From Octopus bimaculoides (Eukaryota), in assembly GCF_001194135.2 (NCBI RefSeq), contig NC_069000.1, forward strand, positions 10,907,803 to 10,971,802: a stretch of DNA of 64,000 bases, in the 5' to 3' direction. The notes beneath the pieces are model-generated. The model was given only the letters and a program-made list of their open reading frames with translations, did not search any database and was not told where the DNA came from. A program made the translations under genes and the position numbers. Of this stretch, positions 50,963-61,544 are shown piece after piece (position 1 is the first letter of the stretch; each line of letters begins with the position of its first letter).

Positions 50963-53900
50963 ATGATCAGTTATAACAAAGAAATATTGAAAGAAGAAGC
51001 TAAGAAAGCCAGGCAGGCCCAAGTTATGCAGGCGATCCAGTCACGAACCACATCGACTCCTAAATCCAACTCAATGCTGTTCAGCGAGCCTGTACGTGTT
51101 TCTTCCAACCCTAAAAACCATTCTGTCATGCACCAGACTATCAACAAAGTCCTTGGAAACTACGACGAGGTCGTCGAAGAAATGTCCAAGCAACCAGGTC
51201 ACATGATCGGCATTGACAAGCAGACCCGCTCGACAAGAGAAACCAACCACCAAGCCAAAACTTCGAAATTGCGATGTAATGGCTACAAAATGCGTCCGCA
51301 GGCTAGTTCCAAGGGGATGATAGGGAAAGATGATACTCCTCGGAGTCAAGATGCATCTAGTCATGGGCGTTGCAGCGGAAGCAATAGTGGCAGCGGTGGC
51401 TGCAGTGGTAATAGTTCTGCTTCCTACCTTGGTCATGGCCATGGGCACCAAGATGGTTCTAGACAAGGACTCCTTGAAACACCTCCAGATGGTGCTTATA
51501 GTCGTAATTCTCAGAACTCTCATTCAATGTCGAAAGACAGTGGTCACGGACAAAACTCGATAGACAATAACTATCGAAGCCGGACTTCTCAAAATTCTCG
51601 ATTGTCTACTTCATCAAGAATGTTGTCCGAGAAGCATGGACCTGACAAGGACTTCCATCCTAAAAAACACTCATATTCTTCACAAAATTCTTTCATCAAC
51701 CCCAATAACAAACTATACACTTCGTCCTCCTCCTCCTCATCATCCACACAACTCAGTAAGCACCCCCCTTATCCAACTACCAACTCTGGCAATGCACACG
51801 TGAAACCCAATCGGCCCCTATCTTCTTTAAGTGACAAAAGCTCATCACATGGCAGTAATAGTGAGAAATATTATCGTGACAAGTACCATTCTGGGGGTGA
51901 GAAATCTTTGCAAGTGGACAAGTTTCATAGTAGTGCTGACAAGACCCATGCTGACCATAAACAGTATAGTGATAAGACACACAATGAAAGCAAAGAACTT
52001 TCTAGTAATGTTGATACCAGTGAGAAAAGCCTCTCCAATAACAGTGGTAGGGAGAAGTCATATTCTGCTGAGAAAGGAATTTCACATCATTTGACCAAAA
52101 CCAAGTCAAGATCCCCAATGCCCTCTCTAACACCCAGTGTACAGTCTCAACAACAGGGTCCCCCATTATTACAGTCTCAACAACAACAGCCTCACCTTCA
52201 ACTACAACAGCCATCAAAGGGACCAGCAGCACCACCTTCTGCTATTGCTTCCACACCTCCCCCTCCTTCTCTCAATATGGATGGTTCTCGAGAGAATCAT
52301 CACACCTCGTTGCCCTCATCATTGTCACCTGCATACATTGCAACGAATACCGTTTCAAGCAAGCCATCCATGCCGACACATCTGAACAAAGGCTTATCAA
52401 ACTCTCTAAAAGTCAAAATTATTGGCTCAAATCCGGCAAAGCTCTCCAGTGATCTTGATGACAGCGAATCAAATAACCAGCACACACAGATTGAGAAAAT
52501 TATGAAAGAAATGTGTCAGCCAGAGAAAATAACGGGTATAAAAACACCGAGCGTGAAAGAGAACCTGGATGAAGAGAACAGCTTCCTTTCACCGTTGGGG
52601 CAAAGCCATAAACACCTGCTGTCCGAATTAAAACATCAGAAACCTTTAACACCTGTACATCAAACAAAGTTAAAAGCTATTTCACCATCTTTAACTCTCC
52701 ACCGTTACCAAAAGCAGAATTTAAACACATCACCAGTGCTGTCTGATCTCAAAGAAGAGAAAAATGACCTGGATAAAATTTTAGCCGAGATGACCTGTCC
52801 CGAGTCTCCAGTTACAGCCATTTCTACACCGGAGAAAATGTCAGAAAATCCATTTGCTCGGTCTTTCAAGAATTCCCATTCACCTTCCCAAAAGACTTTT
52901 GGACTCTCTGACAGTGACAGTGATTCCTTTGATAATGAAGAGGATGCAACACAACCCCCTAATGATAAACCAGTCCACAGTTGTTCATCTGATGAGAACA
53001 CCAATAACCAAGCAGATGCCAGCATCCTCAAAGAATCTAAAAACATGACCCTGGCTGCTGCAGAAATTAAGAACCATCAAAACACAGATTCTGTAGGCGA
53101 GAACCAACCATTAAAGACAAGTCCACTTGAATCAACTTCTCCAACAGCTATGCCTGTCTTCCCCTTAAATGCTGTGAAACGTTCCTTACAGAGTCAAGAA
53201 GATCTTTCCCAAGACCTTCAGATGAGTGATTCAGACAGCGAAGCACTCGAGTCTACCAAAGAATTCCCCCCCGTGTTTACTCTCTCAAAGTCATCACCGT
53301 CCAGTCCTATCTCACGCCTACATCATTCCATGGATATCGGTGCAGTGGAAACCAGAAAGGAGTCAGTAGGCTTTGATATTTTCAGTGAACATCCAACAAG
53401 TGAAAGTGATTCTGAGAGTGATGATGTTGTAGGTAAAACAAAGTCCAGTACGTTGACTGTCAACAACTCAGCTGTTGCAGAATCTAATACTGTCTGTAAT
53501 AATACGCCATTAGTTTACTCAACACCAGCTAGGAAAGGATCGGGCCAGTTTGCTAAGAAAAATGATAATGATGCTGATGATGAAGAGGAGGAGGATGGAG
53601 ATGACGATGAAGATGATGATCAAAGTGATGTCGAAGAAAGCAATGAGCTGGATAGAATAGGCCCAGCGGTCAAGCATCAGAAACCAGATGTGGTCTCTTC
53701 AAGTTCAACTAGCGACTCAGAAACTGATGATGATGAGTCGAACGTCTCAGAAAAAGCATCTAGTGCATCAGATGACGACGATGATAACGACGAAGAGGAA
53801 GAAGACGAAGATAAAGACGATCATTCAAAGCAGCTCAACTCAGTGGACGGGGTCAATGATGCGGAACAGTGCGATTCTGCAAGTGTTCAAAAGACACCAC

Positions 53901-56722
53901 GCTGGTGTCTGCGAGCATTCTTTTCTTTGCCAAACAGTGGCAACAAAGCAAATCAGGTCCCCAAAGAAGCCGAGGAAATTGTATCCGTCTCTAGCCATAC
54001 TGGAAGCAACGTCAGTGCAAGCCAAAGAAGCAGAAACAACAGCAGCAGCAGCAGTAGTAGTAATAGTGGTAGTAGTAGTAGTAGCAGTAGCGGTAGCAGC
54101 AGCTGCAATGAGAACAGCAGTCCAATCACTGAAGCGAACAGTCATTGCGAATCTGATGATGACAGCAACAGTGAAAAGTCATCTGCAGAGGAGAAAATCT
54201 CAATAATACCAAGTGATAATGAAGACCCAGCTAGCAGCTGCCATAAACAAGATGTTACCAGTGCCCCACCATTTACTGAGGACATCTCATCAAAGGAAAA
54301 CAGTTTGCTGGCCAATACTAAATCTGTGACAAATCTCTTGACGTGGCCACCTGGCAAAGACATCCAAGAGTTTCCATCTCCTGTATCTTCCCCGATGTCT
54401 GCATCACCTACATTAGTTCATAGAAAACTGAAACGTAAAATTTCACTTCCCATTTGTATTAATACCAATTTGCTGTCCTCCATTCCAAATGTTAAACGCC
54501 GCAAACTCTCAAATGAACCGTCCCAGCCCGCCGAGCACCTGGATACCATCAAATCTGAAACAGTCCTGAACACTTGGTCAAATCAAATGCAATCCCAAGA
54601 GTCTGTTGAGAAACAGTCTGAAAACAAGCAACCCTGGATAAAGCGAGACAAAAGTCCAAGACGAACACCAAATAATACTGAATCTAATTGTTGCCAAAAA
54701 CGCTCTTTGACCATCAAAATCAATACAGATCTTCTGCATTTCATCCCTGCAAAATGCTTAAAAGACATGCCATTATTACAAGATGTTAAAACAGAAAACT
54801 GTATCGAGGAAGCTGTGGTCAAGCCTGAAATGCAGAATGGTAATATTTCTCCTTCGGTTAAAGTAAGTGAACCCAATGCAAACACCGAAAGTTTTGTCAT
54901 GACACAGACTACAACGACACCTGTGCTGACGGAGAGTACACCTTGCAAAGTAGAAAAATCTGATTTTAAATTCCGGATCCCAAAGAGAAACCTCGACTCT
55001 GAGAGCTATGACATCAGTCGACCCAGTCCAAAAATGATCAAAACCGAGGGACAAATTTCAAAGAATGAAGATAACCAGTTGCCAAATATTTCCAAGAGTG
55101 AATCTGTGAAAAGTTTGTCTTTGGTCAACAGTGACAATAACCACAGTTCTCCTTCAACTGAGTCTTCAACTGCTACCAGCAAAACCAGAATTTCTGATAA
55201 AGATAAACAGATTTCTTCCATAGATGATACCAAACAACCATGCCATGACAAAGAGAAGGACAATGCTGTGCTACCTGCATCTCCATCTGAATGTAATAGC
55301 AGTGGTTGTAGTACAAGTAGTAGCAGTAGTAATAGCAATAACAACAACAACAACAATGGTGATGATGACATCGACGACGATGGTGATGACAGCAACAGTG
55401 ATAGTGAGCATGATGACAGTGATCACAATGACCATGTTGATAATGAAAATGTTAAGAAGCATAACAACAGCAATGGTAATAATCAAAGTGTCAATGCTTT
55501 AACTAACTCGTCCAGCAATAAAAAGCTTAAAACAGCAACCCAGGCAAACTTGACATCAAAAAGCTCATCGGATAATTCCAAAGACACCGGGAAACCGGTT
55601 GCAACACCGTCTCCATCAAGGCAGTCTAACTCTTCTTCTGCCTTGTTGTCACCGAAGGGGTCGACGTCAAGCAATGCAGCTGACCACCACCACCACCATC
55701 AGCAGCAGCCCTCGACGTCTGCTATTAGTATGATCCCAGTCACCCCCAGCTACAGCAACAGTTCAAATAGCCTACGTAACAGGCCATTATACAAGAGTAG
55801 TAGTTCTAACCACCACAGCAGCAGTGATGGTGGCTGCAGCCATAAGGGTAAAGAAAAGGCTGCTGACCACTTTTTCCAAGAAGCCAAACGTATGAAACAC
55901 GAAGGAAACAAATTAACCGACATCTTTGAGAAATCTTTCTTGTATATGAATGCTGTGGTGTCCTATGTACAGTGCGGTATAGCATTAGAAAAAGATCAGG
56001 AACAGCGATGTTTTCGCATGTTTGGTGAGATTTTTGACTTTCTCAATCAAATCGGACACTACCACCAGTACCCTCACGAACCGCAAATCTCACTGTTGCG
56101 TTTGCTGTTGATGTCTCGTGTTTGCAAAAAGCTCTACGACATGAAGAAAAAGGTTGCCGACAACCTCAAGCTGGCCATTGATGAATACAACAAGCAGTCT
56201 AGTAGCACTTCCTTGCCATCTCACACCCCATCCCCGCATCGGCCTAACTGGAACACTTCCACGCCTTCATCACGATCAACCCCTTCACCATCAGGCAGCA
56301 TTGACTCAATACGTTCACAAGGAAGTAATGCTTCAGATGCAAGACTAACGCCTTCAGCTTCATCGTCAAATGCTGTTTCAGCAACATCACACTCCTCCTC
56401 CCATATCTCTAACAACTCTACTTCATCCTCTTCTTCCTCCAACCCAAACTCTTCGAGCCTTACGGGTTCGTCTTTGCCCTCCTCGTCACAGACTGTTACT
56501 ATTCCTAAAAGAATTCATTCCATCACACAGAACTACATAGAAATATTAGATTATATTGTGAAGACTCACAATTACTGGGAACAGGCTGAAAATCAGAAAG
56601 AAAGTTGCAAAGACTTTATTGATCTCCTGCACACTAGATGTAATTACATCTCATTGCAAAGCAGTATTTTTCAATATGTGGAATACGTAAGAGTTGGTCT
56701 CCAAATTCTCCGAGAATCATGA
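50963..56722 (+). CDS. AFF4: AF4/FMR2-family transcription elongation scaffold (lilliputian / AFF1-4 co-ortholog), 1919 aa, single coding exon
   Basis: 5760-nt open frame with a good start context (gaaccATGa). The N-terminal LFSEPVRV...INKVLGNYDEV...MIGIDK matches the AFF cyclin T1/P-TEFb-binding segment (human AFF4 recalled as LFAEPYKV...IQSMLGNYDEM...LVAIPK). The C-terminal ADHFFQEAKRMKH...LYMNAVVSYVQCG...VTIPKRIH...YWEQAE...LQSSIFQYVEYVRVGLQILR matches the AFF C-terminal homology domain. The middle is Ser/Asp/Glu/Asn-rich and predicted disordered. The family call is strong; the paralog name is nominal because invertebrates usually have one AFF gene. Confidence 0.95.
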   Translation: MISYNKEILKEEAKKARQAQVMQAIQSRTTSTPKSNSMLFSEPVRVSSNPKNHSVMHQTINKVLGNYDEVVEEMSKQPGHMIGIDKQTRSTRETNHQAKTSKLRCNGYKMRPQASSKGMIGKDDTPRSQDASSHGRCSGSNSGSGGCSGNSSASYLGHGHGHQDGSRQGLLETPPDGAYSRNSQNSHSMSKDSGHGQNSIDNNYRSRTSQNSRLSTSSRMLSEKHGPDKDFHPKKHSYSSQNSFINPNNKLYTSSSSSSSSTQLSKHPPYPTTNSGNAHVKPNRPLSSLSDKSSSHGSNSEKYYRDKYHSGGEKSLQVDKFHSSADKTHADHKQYSDKTHNESKELSSNVDTSEKSLSNNSGREKSYSAEKGISHHLTKTKSRSPMPSLTPSVQSQQQGPPLLQSQQQQPHLQLQQPSKGPAAPPSAIASTPPPPSLNMDGSRENHHTSLPSSLSPAYIATNTVSSKPSMPTHLNKGLSNSLKVKIIGSNPAKLSSDLDDSESNNQHTQIEKIMKEMCQPEKITGIKTPSVKENLDEENSFLSPLGQSHKHLLSELKHQKPLTPVHQTKLKAISPSLTLHRYQKQNLNTSPVLSDLKEEKNDLDKILAEMTCPESPVTAISTPEKMSENPFARSFKNSHSPSQKTFGLSDSDSDSFDNEEDATQPPNDKPVHSCSSDENTNNQADASILKESKNMTLAAAEIKNHQNTDSVGENQPLKTSPLESTSPTAMPVFPLNAVKRSLQSQEDLSQDLQMSDSDSEALESTKEFPPVFTLSKSSPSSPISRLHHSMDIGAVETRKESVGFDIFSEHPTSESDSESDDVVGKTKSSTLTVNNSAVAESNTVCNNTPLVYSTPARKGSGQFAKKNDNDADDEEEEDGDDDEDDDQSDVEESNELDRIGPAVKHQKPDVVSSSSTSDSETDDDESNVSEKASSASDDDDDNDEEEEDEDKDDHSKQLNSVDGVNDAEQCDSASVQKTPRWCLRAFFSLPNSGNKANQVPKEAEEIVSVSSHTGSNVSASQRSRNNSSSSSSSNSGSSSSSSSGSSSCNENSSPITEANSHCESDDDSNSEKSSAEEKISIIPSDNEDPASSCHKQDVTSAPPFTEDISSKENSLLANTKSVTNLLTWPPGKDIQEFPSPVSSPMSASPTLVHRKLKRKISLPICINTNLLSSIPNVKRRKLSNEPSQPAEHLDTIKSETVLNTWSNQMQSQESVEKQSENKQPWIKRDKSPRRTPNNTESNCCQKRSLTIKINTDLLHFIPAKCLKDMPLLQDVKTENCIEEAVVKPEMQNGNISPSVKVSEPNANTESFVMTQTTTTPVLTESTPCKVEKSDFKFRIPKRNLDSESYDISRPSPKMIKTEGQISKNEDNQLPNISKSESVKSLSLVNSDNNHSSPSTESSTATSKTRISDKDKQISSIDDTKQPCHDKEKDNAVLPASPSECNSSGCSTSSSSSNSNNNNNNNGDDDIDDDGDDSNSDSEHDDSDHNDHVDNENVKKHNNSNGNNQSVNALTNSSSNKKLKTATQANLTSKSSSDNSKDTGKPVATPSPSRQSNSSSALLSPKGSTSSNAADHHHHHQQQPSTSAISMIPVTPSYSNSSNSLRNRPLYKSSSSNHHSSSDGGCSHKGKEKAADHFFQEAKRMKHEGNKLTDIFEKSFLYMNAVVSYVQCGIALEKDQEQRCFRMFGEIFDFLNQIGHYHQYPHEPQISLLRLLLMSRVCKKLYDMKKKVADNLKLAIDEYNKQSSSTSLPSHTPSPHRPNWNTSTPSSRSTPSPSGSIDSIRSQGSNASDARLTPSASSSNAVSATSHSSSHISNNSTSSSSSSNPNSSSLTGSSLPSSSQTVTIPKRIHSITQNYIEILDYIVKTHNYWEQAENQKESCKDFIDLLHTRCNYISLQSSIFQYVEYVRVGLQILRES

Positions 56723-58397
56723 CCTGACCTTCTGAACAATTACAAAGAGAAAATTTAAAATAAAAGAAAAAAAAAATAAACAAAGAAACAAAACTATTGC
56801 TATTTATAATAAAGGAAAAAAAATAATGTTTACTTTTCCTTCCCTTCCCCCATTTGGATTTTTTTTTTTGATTTTTTTTTTTCCTCCTCCTCCTTGATGC
56901 TTGATCTTCAAAGGAAGCCATTTGCCAAAATAGAAAGTGTCTGAGATCCAGGTAGCTCCCTCAAGAGCCAACCTGTCTATAAGTATTGATGAAAAGACGA
57001 CGAGAAGAAAAGAGAGGGATGGAAGGTGAGAAGAAGAGCGAGAAAGACTTTATATGTGCAAGAATGAGAGAGAAACACTGTGTGTGTGTGTGAAAGAGAT
57101 GGTTTGTGCAGAAAGTATATACTTAAAGTCAGTCCTTTGTAAGATAATGAAGATGAAGTGATGGCATTAAAAAAAAAAAAAATAAAGTCAAAACATAAAA
57201 TTGTGTTTGTCTTTTGATCTTCCCTCCCCATTCTACCCAAATATGCCTGCACACACGCTCACACTTACACAAACACATACATGCTCTCACGTGCACACAC
57301 ATTCTTGTTATAAGTTTTTAATTCAAATAATTTTTGAATATAAAAAGTGCTTTGAAAACTTTATTAAACATAGTTTAATTTTTCCATGAATTTTACACGT
57401 GGTTTTGTACACACAGCTAGCCGAGTTCATTTGAGTGCAATAAGGTCGACAGGTAAATCATCAGTGGCGGTACACTGAGTCCCTTATAAAAGCACTGAAT
57501 CCCTTTATGGCTCAGTCTGTCTAGCTGTATCCAAAGTACCATCGGGAGTTGCAGTTCACTGCTCTATGCAGCACGAGCACTCTATATAAAGAATGAGGGT
57601 TTCATTCATGCAATACTGAGCTCAAATCCTCCCTTGGGGCCCCACAGAAGGCAACAGAAAAGCAACTACAGTGTTTCCTCTCTTGATTCGCCACATGAGG
57701 TTTTTCAAGTGGTGACCCAATGAGTTTTGAAATATTTACTTGTACTTTACATATGTGTGAAGACAAGATGTCGTTTCTGTATGTCTGTGATTTTGTACAT
57801 GCACACATAAATAAATACACAAGTCTAGCTAAATTTCGTGTGTGGAAGAACATATTTGTGAAAATCAATCGTATTAAGCTTTGTAATGTGAGCCAATACA
57901 TTGTTCCTACCATTATCACCTTTCCAGTTCTGTCAACACACACACACACACACATACACTGCTTTCTCCTCCCTCCAGTTTTGTACTGTAGGTGAGACTT
58001 GCAGAGCGAAACCAACCTGAGGCCTGGTTCCATCATTGTGTCTTGTGTCTGTCGCTGTTTTAGGTTGTGAAGACTTCCTTGTTTGAAATCAGGACTGATT
58101 GATTCTTTTGGTTCTTTTTTTTTTTTTTCCTAAACACCCAAGGGACAGCATTTGATAGCCTAAGTTCTTTTACTGGAGAAGAGATCGAAAGAGCAAAGGG
58201 AGAGAAGGCAATATATAAACTAGGTGTGATGTACCGTTACTTTTAATGACTGTGAGATGGATGGCTGGGTCTAGTAGAGATAGACAGACAGAAGCAAAAA
58301 AACAATCACATTTGCTTCTTTTATTCGGATTATATTCTTACAAAACAAAAGACAATTTTTAATTGCTACATTAAATCACATATTTATAACTTGTAGC

Positions 58398-58454
<57 letters not shown>

Positions 58455-58923
58455 ATCTATATAAAGAGCCTGTTTGTCATCTTCGTATTTTGGGAAGGAA
58501 TTATGGCTATGCATAAACAATATAACATAGTAAATGTGTGCACACGTATGTGTTTGTACATTTCTGTAAAAGGTGTTTATTTTATTTTTGTGAGTATGGG
58601 GGGAGGGGTTAGGGAGGTGGATGATGAGAAAGAGGAAGATGAAGGGGGGGAAAAAAAGCTGTAAAGTTTTAAAAAATACAAACAAACAAAAAACAAAAAT
58701 GACTATTTGTGTAAAGAATATAGACAGATACTATTTACTTTTGTCTTTTAAGAATCTCTTGTCTGAAGAAACCAAACCAAAATGATTTTAAGAAAAAAAT
58801 AATAAAAATATTAATTATAATGAAATCAAGAAATATGACAAGAATTTTATTCTTGAAAATATAAAGACAAAGAAATTTTAAAAAAACTACTGTTGTTGTT
58901 TTTATTTGTATATGTATGTATTT

Positions 58924-59295
58924 TTTTCTTGTGTCAGTCAGACTGCGGCCATGCTGGGGCACTGCCTTGAAGAAAATTTAGATGAATGAATTGACCTCAG
59001 AACATTTTTTTTTTTCAGCCTGATACTTATTCTATTGGTCTTTTTTGTTGAACCACTAAGTTACAGAGATATCAACATACCAATATCGGTTGCCAAGCAG
59101 TGTTGCAGGACAAAGACACACACATATATACATACACACACAATGAGCTTGCTTCAGTTTGCATCTACCATATCCACTCACAAGGTTTGGTCAGCCCAAG
59201 GCTATAATAGAAGACACTTACCTAGGGTGCCACACTGGGACTGAACCTGGAACCATGTGGTTGGGAAGCAAACTTTTAACCACTCAGCTACACCA
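58924..59295 (-). mobile_element. SINE family A, near full length (diverged)
   Basis: Reverse complement of family A, tail at 58924 and head at about 59295. Confidence 0.8.
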
Positions 59296-59937
59296 GCACC
59301 CATATGTATGTTTTTGCATTTTGTAACGGGAACCGTATCAAGTCCTGCCATTTCAATCAAAAAGCACAATCAGAACATGCCCAGCTAAAGAAATTTCCCT
59401 GTCATTCATTCTAACTCCATGCGCCATACCTATCTCTGTGTGGTCGTACATTAGCAAGATCTAAAGAACCAATAGCTGCATGATAAACAACATTTTTTTT
59501 GTCATCCCATTCAGGGGTCAGTATAATTTGTTTTTTTTGCTGTCTAATCTCTTTCTGTTGATTGTTTTCAACCATCACTATCCCCAGTACCACCACCACA
59601 ACTGCCATACATACACCATTCAGACCTCTGACGCCACCACCATCAATACTTTTGAGTTTGCTGCCTTCCCCTCCATCACCATTGTCTTTCACATCGCTGT
59701 CATCCCTGACTGCCTCAGCTACCACCATCATCACTGTCAACTCCACCTCGATTACTATCACAACCGTCAATCTACTACCACCCTTACCATCTATATGCTT
59801 ACTATTACTCTCACCCCATCATGAGGAATAGTGGAAGTGTCATTGAATAGTGAGAGAGGGTCAAAATGTGGCATGCTGACACAGAAATTCACTTTGGCAT
59901 TTATTATTATAGAGGTGTGTGTATGTATACATGACAA

Positions 59938-60063
59938 GCTTATTTCAGTTTCCATTTACCAAATCCACTCACAAGGCTTTGGTTGGCCCAAGGCTATAAT
60001 AGAAGACACTTCCCCAAGGTACCATGTGGTTGGGAAGCAGACTTCTTACCACACCTGCACCTA
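59938..60063 (-). mobile_element. SINE family A, 5' part with internal deletion
   Basis: tttcagtttccatttaccaaatccactcacaagg...ccatgtggttgggaagc...cttaccacac. Confidence 0.75.
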
Positions 60064-60607
60064 CATATATATATATATAAAAGAAAGAAAGACATTTTAT
60101 TTGAACAGATGTGCTATTCTCTGTAGCTAATAATATTGTCATAATTTTTCGATGATATAAGTACACTAGTAAAATAGATATTAAATATTGACACGAGGCC
60201 ATACGTTGATGTGAAAGAAGACAAAAATAAAAGGCAATTTATGTGACAGTTATGCTTTTGCATAAGAGCAACATCTGAGCTGAAACAGTTATGAGGAAAC
60301 TTCGTCTCATTACTTTTCTATTAAGCAATGGTTTATAAACTTGTTTGATTTCAACACCAAGGTTCAAGTCTGACAACAGAATGGTGTCATTGAAATAATT
60401 TTTATAGCAAATGGCTTTGAGATTATTTTCCAGTTTCTCTAACGCAGAGCAGGTTTTACAGCCACATCATCCAAACCAACCGGGTGAAACCGGGCTTAGC
60501 TGCTAGTATACATATATATATATGTATGTATGTATGTATTTTTATATATATATATATATATAATATATGTATGTGTGTGTGTGTGTATATATATATATAT
60601 GTATATA

Positions 60608-60812
60608 TTTCTTTATTGCCCACAGCGGGGGGGGGGGCTAAATATAGAGTGGACAGACAAGGGGATTAAGTCGATTACATCGACCCCAGTGATTAACTGG
60701 TACTTATTTAATCAACCCCGAAAGGATGAAAGGCAAAGTTGACCTCAGTGGAATTTGAACTCAGAACATAACGGTAGATGAAATACCGCTTAGCATTTCG
60801 CCCAGTGTGCTA
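60608..60812 (-). mobile_element. SINE family B (tail type B1)
   Basis: Reverse complement of 62215-62425. Confidence 0.85.
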
Positions 60813-61544
60813 AAACGAATAATAAGGAACAAGGAACCTCAACTGTGTTTATTCTACTGTCAAAACAAGGCAGTGATTCCATGCTTTTAATCCATATAAA
60901 TGTTAAGACACAGCTTCAAAATACATAATAAAGACATAGCAGTTATGGCAAAAAAATAAAAAGGATTAATGAAAAAGGAAGCCTCTACTGGTTTTCCATT
61001 TATTCTACAGGATGATATTCAAACATCATTTAAAGCTTATAGTAGCTACATAGAATACGTCCATCTGTTTTACCGACCTGATAAAATGAAATGTAGATAT
61101 CTATAAAACATGTGGAAACCTTCTGAATCAATACTTGTAATGTGCCAGATATCAATAGTAATAATAATAATAATAGAATGGGATGGGAGTCCAGCAGTTA
61201 CACAAACAATAGCTATTCGCTGCCACCCCCAACCTTATATTTCTCATCTCGTCAGCTGTAATATGCTACGCCTATGAACTCCCAACATTAGATGGTGAAC
61301 ATATCGGCATTATTTTGTATCATTGCAGATGTTGCCTAGGTTCTATAAAAGACTTCAAGAGTAATTCACAAAAGCATCGCACAAAATGTATATCAGTTTT
61401 ATTAACTAAAATCCAGAATATAGATGTGTTTACATGGATAAATTTAATAGTCCACACACTGCACATAATGTTTTCTAGAATTAACCTTTAATTAGTACAG
61501 GTGAGTGTGGTGGTGGTGGTGGCTGTTAGAATTATTGGTTCTTC

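Noticed and set aside
51071-56442. Many 60-170 aa ORFs overlapping AFF in other frames or antisense
   Set aside because: They are shadow ORFs of a long, low-complexity coding sequence.
59411-59831. Thr/Pro/His-rich overlapping ORFs
   Set aside because: They derive from degenerate (CAC/CAT)n low-complexity sequence.
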